Notes under the pieces: generated by a model | What the model was told of the DNA's origin: nothing | Databases searched by the model: none | The model's input: the letters and a program-made list of their open reading frames with translations, nothing else | Source: an uncultured delta proteobacterium | GTDB lineage: Bacteria; Desulfobacterota; RBG-13-43-22 | Length of the DNA: 64,000 nt | Direction of reading: 5' to 3' | NCBI GenBank assembly: GCA_963802945.1 | Contig: CAWDKY010000024.1 | Coordinates: forward strand, 29,489 to 93,488 | In this document: piece after piece, positions 46,114 to 56,023 of the stretch | Layout of the letters: each line of letters begins with the position of its first letter | Position numbering within the stretch: the first letter of the stretch is position 1 | Program-made: the position numbers and the translations under genes

Positions 46114-47136
46114 CTATCTCCTTATATCCCGGTACTTAGCCGGTCGATCCAATCCGAAATTAAAAATAGCCATAGCGGCAATGTGGGCCAAACTGCTCAG
46201 GAAGAATTCTTCCCGATGCGTTAACTGCCGTTGCGGGGTGTTGGCCCTGAGATACAAGGTCCCAAGATTTTTATATCGGAAATCCAGGGGAATGGTTTTT
46301 AATATGTACCGGGATGGATCTTCGGGCAGAGGAGAAATGACCTCCGATTCCCCAGAAGTCTGTTCTCTTTTTAAAGATTCCTTCAAGGCGGGATACTTCT
46401 TTAAATCCAGAAAGAGGGGTTGTTTTTCCGGACTGTCATCCGAGGAAACCATACAGCCGATTTCTTCTTTTCGGTCCATGTACACAGCAGTGCAGCGCTG
46501 AAGTCCGAATTTATTGGTCATAATTTGAGTCAAGGTCAGTAGAAATTTTGGTAGGTTTCTGTCCTGCTCTATGGATTGGGCCACCTCAGTCAGAACTTCC
46601 AGTTCCCGATAATCTTCTTGTAAGCTCTCTTTTTCCTGAAAAATCCGATTGTAGGATTCCATCATACCATGGAAGAAAAAAGTGACGATAAAAAGAAAAG
46701 GGAATCGAAGGAAGGTGTCCGTCTCCAAAAATTTCTCCGGAGCTTTAAAATATAATGAAACACCATAGACTATCAGGATCAGGCCAAAGGCGGAATAGAG
46801 CAACTTGGCCCGGCGGGAGGCAGCCGCAACCAATAGAATCAGGAAAAAAACCAGATAAAATTGGGAATCGTTTTGAATGGCCAGGAAAAGGGCCAGGGTA
46901 GTCAGAACGACATCCAACAGCAGGATCAAAAAAATAAACTTTTGTTTCTGAAACCAATTGTCCGGACATAACGACAAGGCCAGATTGGTTAAAATGTAGA
47001 AGGGTATGAAGAATATCGGGGGTGATAAAAGGCTTTTAAGGGGATAACTGAAGTAGAGGATGCTTCCAATAATAATAATTAGAATCCATCGAAGGAGAAG
47101 AATGAAATGTTTACCATAATCTTCTTTAAACAGCAT
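46114..47136 (-). CDS. Membrane sensor-like protein with C-terminal GAF-like domain, no output domain
   Basis: About 6 TM helices, coiled linker, IPL......LGTLYLR...FL..LA..AA.AI; AGGAGG RBS. Confidence 0.65.
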   Translation of the reverse strand: MLFKEDYGKHFILLLRWILIIIIGSILYFSYPLKSLLSPPIFFIPFYILTNLALSLCPDNWFQKQKFIFLILLLDVVLTTLALFLAIQNDSQFYLVFFLILLVAAASRRAKLLYSAFGLILIVYGVSLYFKAPEKFLETDTFLRFPFLFIVTFFFHGMMESYNRIFQEKESLQEDYRELEVLTEVAQSIEQDRNLPKFLLTLTQIMTNKFGLQRCTAVYMDRKEEIGCMVSSDDSPEKQPLFLDLKKYPALKESLKREQTSGESEVISPLPEDPSRYILKTIPLDFRYKNLGTLYLRANTPQRQLTHREEFFLSSLAHIAAMAIFNFGLDRPAKYRDIRR

Positions 47137-47290
47137 GGGGCCTCCTAATAGATAACAGAAAAAGGTCCTTTTCAAACGGCCGATTCAAGGTTTTCTCCCG
47201 GTCATCTTTTTCCTGCCTACACTATAAACATTACTGGGTTATTATATTCGAATTTATTAGATTAAGCTATTCAATTAATGTCCCTTGATT

Positions 47291-47791
47291 CTATTCCACC
47301 GGCACCCAATAATAATCCAGGACCGTATTGGTGGGTTTGTCGGTCCGGAACTGGGCCTTGACCTTCATCCCGATATAGGGTTTGCCATACAAAAGATAAC
47401 TTTTGGGAACAGTAGTCAAACCGGGAATTTGCACATCGATCTGCCAATAGGGGGTGGAAAGCTCTATCCCTGCGCCGGCATAGGCCACTTCGGTAAAGGC
47501 ATAAACTTTCCCGATCACCGGATTACGGAGGGTTTTCCATTTCATCTCCGTATGGCAGTCCGGGCAATGGGCCCGAGGTGGAATCCAGAGCAGATTCTCA
47601 GGGCATTTTTTGTTAGGGCAAAAGGTAGCCTTTAGCTTCCCTTCCTTCAGACCTTGGAAAAAAGGAGAAAGCAGGCCGTAGGTATGGACATGGATTAGGG
47701 ATCGGGGCCACTGGATGACCATTTGTGGTTCGGTTTGTTGTATTTTTGTCACTTGGCCGATGAATTTGATCTGTTGAGTTTTCTTTATCAT
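47291..47791 (-). CDS. Zn-ribbon/OB-fold (DUF35, ChsH2/BbsA-like) protein
   Basis: FF.GL.EGKL, CPNKKC...PPRAHCPDC, G.VYAFT, IGMKV; directly after the thiolase. Confidence 0.85.
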   Translation of the reverse strand: MIKKTQQIKFIGQVTKIQQTEPQMVIQWPRSLIHVHTYGLLSPFFQGLKEGKLKATFCPNKKCPENLLWIPPRAHCPDCHTEMKWKTLRNPVIGKVYAFTEVAYAGAGIELSTPYWQIDVQIPGLTTVPKSYLLYGKPYIGMKVKAQFRTDKPTNTVLDYYWVPVE

Positions 47792-47805
47792 GTTCGTCTT
47801 CCTCC

Positions 47806-49177
47806 TTAATAAGCTCTTTTAAGAATACCGACGGTCACGTGTGAACCGACACCGGCATGGGACACCCAGAGGGCCTGTTTGCTTTTCTGGGGGATTTGGA
47901 GACTCTGCCAGTCCTTTGGTTTTTTCTTTCCCCATTTTTTCCAGATCTTAGGGTCTCCATGGAATTGATCATACTTTTGCTGCAACTGCCAGAGACATTC
48001 CACAGCCTGGAAGATCCCAGTGGCCCCCACAGCATGCATTGTTCCCAATAAACCGCCGGATAAATTGGAAGGACACTTTCCACCGAAGTAGGCATCTCCT
48101 GATTCAATATAGTCCTGCTCTTGGCCGTAGGGTCTGAGACCGATATCTCCATAAGTCTGGAGATCGCTGATAGTAAAGGCATCGTGCAATTCCACCAGAT
48201 CCAGTTCTTCCAGCGGATTATAAATGCCGGCCATCCGGTAGACCAGCCAAGCGGCAAAGCGGGCGGCCAGAAAACTTTCAAAGCCCGGCCAACGGCTACC
48301 TTCTTTCAACAGGTTTTTATACATGCCCTCAGCCTCATGGGGCAGGAGTGGTATCTCCATGGGCCTTCGGTCGGCCACCCGCAGGGTATGAGTGCCACCG
48401 CAGATGAAGAGCTCGACAGGGATGATCGGTTAACTGATAAGCGGTCTTTTCATCACACAACAAGACGCAGGCCGAGCCGACACTCATGGCACAGCACTCC
48501 AGGAATCTAAGGGGATAGGCCGACATCCGGCCGGCCAGGACTTCTTCCACTGTGTGCTTTCCGGGCTGTTGGGCATAAGGGGAAGAGCAGGCATAGAGAC
48601 GGTTCTTGACCGCGATTTTGGCCCGGGTGGTCTCTGATACATTGAAGGCCCAGGCAAAGCGGTTGGCCATGGGGGCGTAATAGGAAGAATAAACCCGACC
48701 CAGACGGGTTTCGAAATCCTTGCAGGCCGCGGTGGCGATATAATAATTTCCGGTCCGGGTATCGACTTCATCCATCCGTTCCCAGCCTGCAGCCAGGGCC
48801 ACATCCGCATACCCAGAGGCCACGGCCATGGCGGCATTGAGAATGGTGGAGCCGCCGGTAGCCCCGCCGGTCTTGATCCCCGTATTAAAAAGAGGGTCCA
48901 GTCCCAGATAATCATGAACCTTGGCTTCACACAGCAGTTGGTCCTGGAAATGATCGGCAAACTCTCCGTAGGCACAATAGTTGATCAACCCCTTGACCTC
49001 CAAGGGGTCCATTTTAAGGTTGTTATCCTCGAGCATCTGTTTAAAAGCCATCATGACCAGTTCTTCAATTTTATATTCCGGGAAGAATTTCTTGTAGGCC
49101 GTCGTGCCGCCAGCCACCATAAAGACCCTTCGGTTCCATTTGGGAACCCGTAAATTCCCTTTTCCAAATGTGATCAT
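47806..49177 (-). CDS. SCP2-type thiolase-like protein (one +1 frameshift at 48419-48421)
   Basis: TGGATGG, VASG.AD, ELHDAF, NLSGGLLG.MHAVGATG; removing one C gives HPVELFICGG. Confidence 0.85.
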
Positions 49178-49189
49178 CCCTGATCCTCC

Positions 49190-49795
49190 TTATTGTTTTT
49201 TAAGTTGGTTGATAAAATATTTCAGTTGGCTGATCGTCTGCTTCCAGATGGCTTGGTCTCTCCCGGCCGAATAGAGGGTAACGGCCCCGTTGATCGAAAT
49301 AACAATAAAATCGGCAATTTCTTTGAAGTTCAAGCCCTTTTTCAACAATCCTTTTCGATCCGCCTCTTCCAGCCAAGAGCGGAACAACCGGGAAAAGCGG
49401 ACGAATCCTCGCAGAACCTTTTTATTCATGGAGGCCGATTGCCCGGAAAGCTCAACTAGCATATTGGCAAAAAAGCACCCCCCCTCGAAAACATCGGCCC
49501 CCAGATAATCCCTCAGGGCGTTTTCTATGGTTTTTTCTATGCGTTCAAGAGGGTCGCCGGTCTTTCTGACATCCTTGAAGACAATGCTTCTCCAGATCTT
49601 GACTGCTTCTTCATAAACAGCATTCCAGATTGCTTCCTTGTTTCGGAAATGACCATAGAGCCCTCCTTTGGTCAGATGGGTGGCCTCCAGAATATCGCTG
49701 ATGGAAGTATTGAAATACCCCTTGACGGAAAAAAGTTGTAAAGATTGTTCTACAATCTGCTGGCGGGTTTGGATTCCTTTGGCTCCCATATTCAT
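49190..49795 (-). CDS. TetR/AcrR family transcriptional regulator
   Basis: KGYFNTSISDI...LTKGGLYGHF.NK, GGCF. Confidence 0.92.
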   Translation of the reverse strand: MNMGAKGIQTRQQIVEQSLQLFSVKGYFNTSISDILEATHLTKGGLYGHFRNKEAIWNAVYEEAVKIWRSIVFKDVRKTGDPLERIEKTIENALRDYLGADVFEGGCFFANMLVELSGQSASMNKKVLRGFVRFSRLFRSWLEEADRKGLLKKGLNFKEIADFIVISINGAVTLYSAGRDQAIWKQTISQLKYFINQLKKQ

Positions 49796-49901
49796 CTTAA
49801 CCCAAAATAAAACAGAACGGTTGGTATATTTTTACAAAAGAGGAAAAATTGTCAAGAAAAAAATCCGATTCCGGCGAGTTATAAACCATCTCATTGTAGG
49901 A

Positions 49902-50112
49902 TTGACCAGATGAGGCTACATTTTCTTCCGTCTATGGATTTTGGGCTGGTCTTTTCTTCGGACTTATCCACGGGGGATTCTTTTCCCCCTCCGCATTCTC
50001 GCCCGCAAATAATCAGCAGACGAGCTGCGGCTTCCCCCATTTATAAGTCCGGAAAAGACAGCGCCCTTTCGCCAATGACTCTAGAAAGACCAGCCTCACC
50101 TGCTAGGGTCAA
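49902..50112 (-). ncRNA. Candidate rod-shaped structured RNA (6S-like architecture, family unassigned)
   Basis: Nested pairings TTGACC/GGTCAA, CAGGTGAGGCTG/TAGCCTCATCTG, GTCTTTTCCGGACTTAT/ATAAGTCCGAAGAAAAGAC, ATGGGGGA/TCCCCCGT, CTCGTCTGC/GCGGGCGAG; mismatches read as G-U on the minus strand. Confidence 0.5.
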
Positions 50113-50343
50113 GTAATTACTATTATGAGACCCTTAGTAATTAATTTTCATTTGCAAAATGATATATTCTGATAAATTCAATCAATCCTCTACGTTGACT
50201 TATCAGGTATCAGTGAAACCATTTCACAAATATTTTTTAAACGGTAGTTGACAGCTGATCGCTGAAAGCCCTTCCCAAGACTCTTTGATTTCTGGATTAT
50301 TTTTGGATGACTTTCTCGGGATCATATAGTATTTTATAGTATA

Positions 50344-50919
50344 ATGAACTTATCAGAACTGGATATCAGGATCTTTTTTTGGGTCAACCAGGGACATCGC
50401 AACCCCTTTTTTGACCTTGTTATGCCTTACATCTCCGAATTTAATCCTGGGAAATACTTATTGGTCATACTTTGGCTTCTCCTTTTTATAGCTGGCGGGA
50501 AAAAAATGAGAATCACACTTGTTCTCCTGGTGGTTCTGGTAGGGGTCCTGGATTATTCCAATAGTTTTTTCTTTAAACCCCTTTTTGGCCGTCCCCGGCC
50601 TTGCAATGTTTTAGCCGGGGTTCATATCTTCTGGCCCTGTCCGACGACCTCGTTCTCTTTCCCTTCCAACCATGCGGTCAATATCTTCGGGGCGGCCTTT
50701 TTTCTCAGTTATATCTATCGTTCCTGGTCCTATTTTTTGTTTCCTATAGCCGCCATTGTCGGCTATTCGAGGATCTATGTGGGTGAGCATTATCCCTTCG
50801 ATATCTTGGGCGGAATCTTTCTGGGGGCTATAGGGGCGGGTCTATTCCTATGGGTCCATCATCTATGGCTTTCCTATGGGAAAGGACAAAGCAGGGATTT
50901 GTCAATATTAGGGAGATAG
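50344..50919 (+). CDS. PAP2 family phosphatase (undecaprenyl-diphosphatase-like)
   Basis: K.LFGRPRP, SFPSNH, SRIYVGEHYPFD. Confidence 0.9.
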   Translation: MNLSELDIRIFFWVNQGHRNPFFDLVMPYISEFNPGKYLLVILWLLLFIAGGKKMRITLVLLVVLVGVLDYSNSFFFKPLFGRPRPCNVLAGVHIFWPCPTTSFSFPSNHAVNIFGAAFFLSYIYRSWSYFLFPIAAIVGYSRIYVGEHYPFDILGGIFLGAIGAGLFLWVHHLWLSYGKGQSRDLSILGR

Positions 50920-50923
50920 ACTT

Positions 50924-52075
50924 ATGGATTTTTCCTTGACCATGGAACAGGAAATTCTTAGGAAGTCGGTTCGTGATTTTGCTGAAAAGGAAATCAAACC
51001 CAAGGCCCGGGAATTGGACGAGAAAGAAGAATTTTCTTATGAAACCTGTCGGGCCATGGGGGAATTGGGCCTCTTTGGCATGTTTGTTTCTGAAAACTAT
51101 GAAGGTCAAGGGTTAGACTATATTTCGTATATCATCGCGGTCGAGGAAATCGCCCGGATTGACGGTTCCCATGCCGCCACAGTCGCCGCTGGGAATTCAC
51201 TGGGGATCGGGCCTCTTTATTATTATGGAAACGAGGCACAGAAAAGAAAATATCTGCCGAAACTCTGCAAGGGAGAAATGCTCTGGGGCTTTGGGCTTAC
51301 CGAACCCAATGCCGGTTCGGATGCCGGAAACACCCAAACTACCGCTGTGCTGGACAGAAACGAATGGGTAATCAACGGTAGCAAAATATTTATCACCAAC
51401 GCCTCCACCGATATTACGGCCGGGGTGACCGTCTTAGCTCGAACTGGGATCAGGGAGGCCGGGAAGAAGGAACTGAGCTGCATCTTGGTAGAAACCGGAA
51501 CCCCGGGTTTTGAAGCCCGACCCATGCACGGCAAACTGATGTGGCGGGCCTCCAACACCAGTGAACTCTATTTCGAAGACTGCCGAGTCCCCAGAGAAAA
51601 CCTTCTTGGACCCCAGGGCGAGGGATTTCACCAGATGCTAGGGACCCTGGATGGCGGAAGGTTAAGTATCGGCGCCATGGGGCTGGGTGGTGCTCAAGGG
51701 TGTTTTGAAATGGCCAGAAGATATTCCCGGGAACGGATGCAGTTCGGAAAGCCGATCTCCTCTTTCCAGGTCAATGCCTTTAAATTGTCCGATATGGCCC
51801 TGGAGATCGAACTAGCTAGGCTGCTCCTGTACAAGGCCTGTTGGCTTCGGGATAATCACAAACCTTATGCCAAAGAAGCAGCCATGGCCAAACTCTATTG
51901 TTCCGAGGTCATGTATCGCTGTGCCAACCATGCCGTTCAACTCCACGGCGGTTATGGTTTGATGAAGGAATTCGATGTGGAGCGCTTCTACCGGGATCAG
52001 AAATTGCTGGAGATCGGAGAAGGGACCTCAGAGATTCAACGTCTGGTCATTTCTCGCCTGATCGGGGTGATTTAA
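50924..52075 (+). CDS. Acyl-CoA dehydrogenase
   Basis: FGLTEPNAGSDA, INGSKIFITN, R.QFGKPI, QLHGGYG, EIGEGTSEIQR. Confidence 0.95.
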   Translation: MDFSLTMEQEILRKSVRDFAEKEIKPKARELDEKEEFSYETCRAMGELGLFGMFVSENYEGQGLDYISYIIAVEEIARIDGSHAATVAAGNSLGIGPLYYYGNEAQKRKYLPKLCKGEMLWGFGLTEPNAGSDAGNTQTTAVLDRNEWVINGSKIFITNASTDITAGVTVLARTGIREAGKKELSCILVETGTPGFEARPMHGKLMWRASNTSELYFEDCRVPRENLLGPQGEGFHQMLGTLDGGRLSIGAMGLGGAQGCFEMARRYSRERMQFGKPISSFQVNAFKLSDMALEIELARLLLYKACWLRDNHKPYAKEAAMAKLYCSEVMYRCANHAVQLHGGYGLMKEFDVERFYRDQKLLEIGEGTSEIQRLVISRLIGVI

Positions 52076-52084
52076 TACAAAAAA

Positions 52085-52166
52085 AGGATTCAAGGATTCG
52101 AGGGTTCAAGGGTTTTTCTTTCTATGCCTTCCACGCCGCCCTGCGGTCCTTAACCCCTTGACCCCT
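52085..52166. repeat. 8-bp-period element copy 8
   Basis: aggattcaaggattcgagggttcaaggg ... tctatgccttccac ... cttaaccccttgacccct. Confidence 0.85.
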
Positions 52167-52173
52167 ATTGTTA

Positions 52174-52476
52174 TCAAGTTTCCATCTGCGCCTCTATTTC
52201 AATGATCCGATTGGGAGGCAGTTAAAAGTAATTAGTCGGGTTCATGGCATTGCGGGACATCATGGAAAACAGGATCTTCCGCCAGAAACTCATCCCGGAC
52301 TTTCTTATTGTCAGTAAGGTCTCGCGTCCCAGAATATAGGTGGTGTCCATGGGTTTAGCCTCCAGCCCCAATGGGCTGGTCCCAATATCGCCATACACTA
52401 CTCCCAAGGCTAAAGCAAAAAGTTCGGCGCGGGATTCAAGCTTAGGATGATTTTGGTTTGATAGGATTATTGCCAT
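52174..52476 (-). pseudogene. kup: Kup potassium transporter remnant (N- and C-termini only)
   Basis: ALGVVYGDIGTSPL fused to TTYILGRETL...WRK.LF..MSRNA..PT.YF*LPPNRIIE...Q. Confidence 0.85.
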
Positions 52477-52536
52477 ATCGTGGCCGAAGATAAACGCTAT
52501 CTAATACCAAGTCAAATGGAATCTTTCTGCAACCTG

Positions 52537-54263
52537 TTAATCGGAAGTTGTTGCGGGTGAAAGTTTAATGTCTTTGATACGTAATTCCAGCCGGGGAGTG
52601 GAGCCGTATTCCGAAATAAAAGGGACATAAGCCAGATCGACAAGGTCGTTGGTTTGCAGCTTTGTTTTTCCCAGGCCGAAACCGATGCCATCCATCAGGA
52701 TCCTTTTTTGTTCCAGTTTCAGGCGTAGGTGGCCATTGCTGACCTGACGGTTTGCTTTAACCCGGACCTGGCGGGTAGTCAGAAGGGGTTCCGGATTTTT
52801 TGATCCAAAAGGGGCCATTTGAGGCAGATAGGGGGCGATTTCCTTTGTCAAGCCGGGAAAGTCGATCTCTCCTTCGATGTTGAGAGCTGGAATAAAAGCC
52901 ATTTCGTCGACTGAATCTTGAACCAAGTTTTCAATGGCTTGCTCAAAGGTGGGAAGGTCCTTTACCATTAAGGTAGCCCCGGCGGCAGCCGCATGCCCTC
53001 CAAACCCCAAGAGGTATTCTTCCAGAATTTCCAATCCATTAAACAGGTGAAAGCCTTCGATGCTGCGACCAGACCCGTGGGCCTTTTCTCCCTCGATAGT
53101 GAACAAAAAGACCGGCCTGGATAATCGCTCAACCAATTTGGAAGCCACCAATCCCAGGATACCCCGATGCCAGGTTTCAGACCATAAAACCAGACTTTTT
53201 CTCTGATTGATATCCAATCGGGATTGTAATATCCCATCAATTTCCTTTATCATCAACTGTTCCATGACCTGGCGACGGCTGTTTTCCCTGGTTCATTAAT
53301 TGGGCCAGATTCCGGGCCTCCTGGACATCATTCGTTGTCAGTAAACAAACTCCTCCCCTGGCTTCCTGCATTCGCCCCAAGGCATTCAGTCGGGGGGCAA
53401 GGCGAAAGGCCACATCAACAGAAGAGACCGATCCCTCGGGTTGAATACCGCATACCTCTTTCAAGGCCGTCAGCCCGGGATGCGGAGATTGAGTCATCAC
53501 TTCCAGCCCTTCCCTAACCAGGATGCGGTTGACACCCAGGAGCGGGACCACATCGGCCACAGTCCCAATAGCGACCAGGTCCAGATAAGCCCTCAGGTTA
53601 GGTTTTCCTTTTGGGAAAAAACCCTGGAGATCCAGGGCCTGGCGAAGGGCAATAATCAGATAAAAGGCCACACCGACCCCGGCCAGATCTTTGAAAGGAA
53701 AGGCACAGCCCTCCTGTTTGGGATTGAGGACTGCTGAGGCCGGAGGGACCCCTTTTTTGGCAATCTGATGATGATCGGTGACAATGGTCTCTAGTCCGAG
53801 GCTTTGAGCAAATTCAAGCTCTCGATGATTGGAAATGCCGCAATCCACGGTAATGATCAAGGAAACTCCTTGTTCTTTCAGAAGGCTTATCCCAGGAATC
53901 GAAAGACCGTATCCTTCCCGGATGCGTTGAGGGATATAAAAAAGTAATATCAGGGAAGAAAGATTTTAAAAAATGGACTAACAAGGCCGTGGCCGTTATG
54001 CCATCGGCATCGTAATCCCCAAAAACGGCTATGCGTTCTCGATGTTGGATGGCTTTTAAGAGCCGGTTAACCGCCTTATCCATGTCTTTCATCAGTTCAG
54101 GAGGAGGCAACTGTAGTAAGTCCGGGGAAAAAAAATCCCGGGCCTGATCGGCCAAATAAAGACCCCGGTTAATTAAGATCTGTGCCATCAGGGGAGGGAG
54201 GTTAAGCGTTTTGGCCAAAGGTTCGGCCCGAAGGGGATCAAAAGGTATAACATTCCATTGCAT
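52537..54263 (-). CDS. recJ: Single-stranded-DNA-specific exonuclease RecJ (two +1 frameshifts near 53940 and 53287)
   Basis: FGDYDADG, ITVDCG, TDHH, GTVADVVPL, PRLNA.GR, GSGRS, GGHAAAAG, PFG..NP.P. Confidence 0.92.
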
Positions 54264-54374
54264 GGATTATACCTTACCCCAGCCAGGAATAAGGTTCAAG
54301 GGCCAATTGTTTTTCCATTGTCAAGCTCTTTTTAATACAGTATAATTTTTTTTAATAGGCTATACGGTTTCATC

Positions 54375-54519
54375 ATTAATGATGGCTTCGTAAAAAGATG
54401 TCATTCCCGCGAACGCGGGAATCCAGGCTCTGCACAACCAATTAAAAACACTGGATCCCCGTTTCCACGGGAATGACAAAAATGGGCTTTCAGCGGCTTT
54501 TGGGGAGTCCGTCATTAAT
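54375..54519. repeat. MITE-like element with nested REP doublet
   Basis: attaatgatggcttcgtaaaaag [tgtcattcccgcgaacgcgggaatccag ... ctggatccccgtttccacgggaatgaca] cttttggggagtccgtcattaat. Confidence 0.8.
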
Positions 54520-54553
54520 AATTCCTTCTGGTTTTGTTATCTCTTGGAGAGAT

Positions 54554-55954
54554 ATGAGTTCAGACATTACCCCATTACTAAAAAAAATACCTTCGATGAC
54601 CCTGCTTCTGGAACAGCCGGAGTTTGAAAAGCTGGTGTCCTTGCATTCCCGCAAGTACCTTATGAATGTGATGCGTGAGGTCGTGGCCGAAAAAAGAAAA
54701 GAGATCCTTTCCGGCCATGAAACAGAATTGGATCTTCCGACTATTTGGAGCGAAATCGAGATGAAATTAACGGCCAAGGCCGCCTATCACCTTTGCCGGG
54801 TGGTCAATGGGACCGGGGTAATTATTCATACCAATCTGGGTCGATCTTTGCTGGCCGCTCAGGCTTTGGAACAGATTCAGACGGCAGCCAAATACTATTC
54901 CAATTTGGAATTCGACCTGGAATCAGGTCAACGGGGCAGCCGTTACAGCCATGTAGAAAATATCCTGATTGAACTCACTGGGGCTGAAGCTGCTCTGGTG
55001 GTCAATAATAATGCTGCAGCCGTTTTATTGGCCTTGGACACTCTGGCCAAAGGGAAAGAGGTTATTGTTTCCAGGGGTCAACTGGTAGAGATCGGAGGGT
55101 CTTTCCGGATTCCAGAGGTCATGGTCCGGAGTGGGGCCATCTTGCGGGAGGTAGGAACCACCAACAAGACCCATCTGCGGGACTATGAGATGGTCTTGAC
55201 GGATAAGACGGCCTTGTTGCTCAAGGTCCATACCAGCAACTACCGGATCGTAGGTTTTACGGTCGAGGTTACTCTTGAAGACTTGGTGACTTTGGGGAAG
55301 GCCCATAATCTGCCGGTCATGGAAGATTTAGGGAGTGGGAGTTTGATCGATGTTTCCATGTTCGGGCTGGAAAAAGAACCGACGGTTGGTGAGGTCGTCA
55401 AGGCCGGGGCCGATCTGGTAACCTTCAGCGGGGACAAACTCCTGGGAGGGCCCCAGGCCGGGATCATTGTGGGCCGGAAAAAATATATTCAGGCCTTACG
55501 TAGTAATCCATTGAATCGTGCCTTGCGGATCGATAAATTGACCCTGGCTGCTCTGGAAGCTACGTTGAAACTGTATCGAAACGAAGGACAGGCCTTGAGG
55601 GACATTCCCACGCTGTCTCAATTGAGAATCCCTTTGCCTGAACTTCAGACGCGCGCTAAAAGCCTCTGGCGTTCCCTCAGGAAAAACCCGGTCTCAGGAC
55701 TGTCCATTGAAATTATTCCCACCTTCTCCCAGGTTGGCGGTGGGGCACTCCCCTTATCAAATCTGAATTCCTATGCCCTGGTCCTGTCTTCCGAAAGGGA
55801 GTCCATTGCCGAATTGGAAAAAAAATTCCGGTCCTTTTCACCACCGATCATCGGACGGATCGAGAAAGAACGTTTCCTTTTGGATGTACGCACCTTGCAG
55901 AAAGAGGATATTCCCCATATAACCCGATGCCTGAAGGGCTGGTCGGATTTATAA
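54554..55954 (+). CDS. selA: L-seryl-tRNA(Sec) selenium transferase
   Basis: VVNGTGVIIHTNLGR, SRGQLVEIGGSFRIP, FSGDKLLGGPQAG. Confidence 0.96.
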   Translation: MSSDITPLLKKIPSMTLLLEQPEFEKLVSLHSRKYLMNVMREVVAEKRKEILSGHETELDLPTIWSEIEMKLTAKAAYHLCRVVNGTGVIIHTNLGRSLLAAQALEQIQTAAKYYSNLEFDLESGQRGSRYSHVENILIELTGAEAALVVNNNAAAVLLALDTLAKGKEVIVSRGQLVEIGGSFRIPEVMVRSGAILREVGTTNKTHLRDYEMVLTDKTALLLKVHTSNYRIVGFTVEVTLEDLVTLGKAHNLPVMEDLGSGSLIDVSMFGLEKEPTVGEVVKAGADLVTFSGDKLLGGPQAGIIVGRKKYIQALRSNPLNRALRIDKLTLAALEATLKLYRNEGQALRDIPTLSQLRIPLPELQTRAKSLWRSLRKNPVSGLSIEIIPTFSQVGGGALPLSNLNSYALVLSSERESIAELEKKFRSFSPPIIGRIEKERFLLDVRTLQKEDIPHITRCLKGWSDL

Positions 55955-56023
55955 ATTTTCCTTAAAATTATCGACTTTCTCAAACGACTTTTCTTGGCTG
56001 CGAGCGCTTCGACCTTCTGTGTC

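Noticed and set aside
49889-50134. Long hairpin as retron msr-msd or a known riboswitch
   Set aside because: No reverse transcriptase is nearby and I recognise no aptamer consensus; it is kept only as an unassigned ncRNA candidate.
50212-50229. Rex-like operator AGTGAAACCATTTCACAA
   Set aside because: The spacing is one base off the TTGTGAA-N4-TTCACAA consensus and the surrounding DNA is AT-rich, so the match may be chance.
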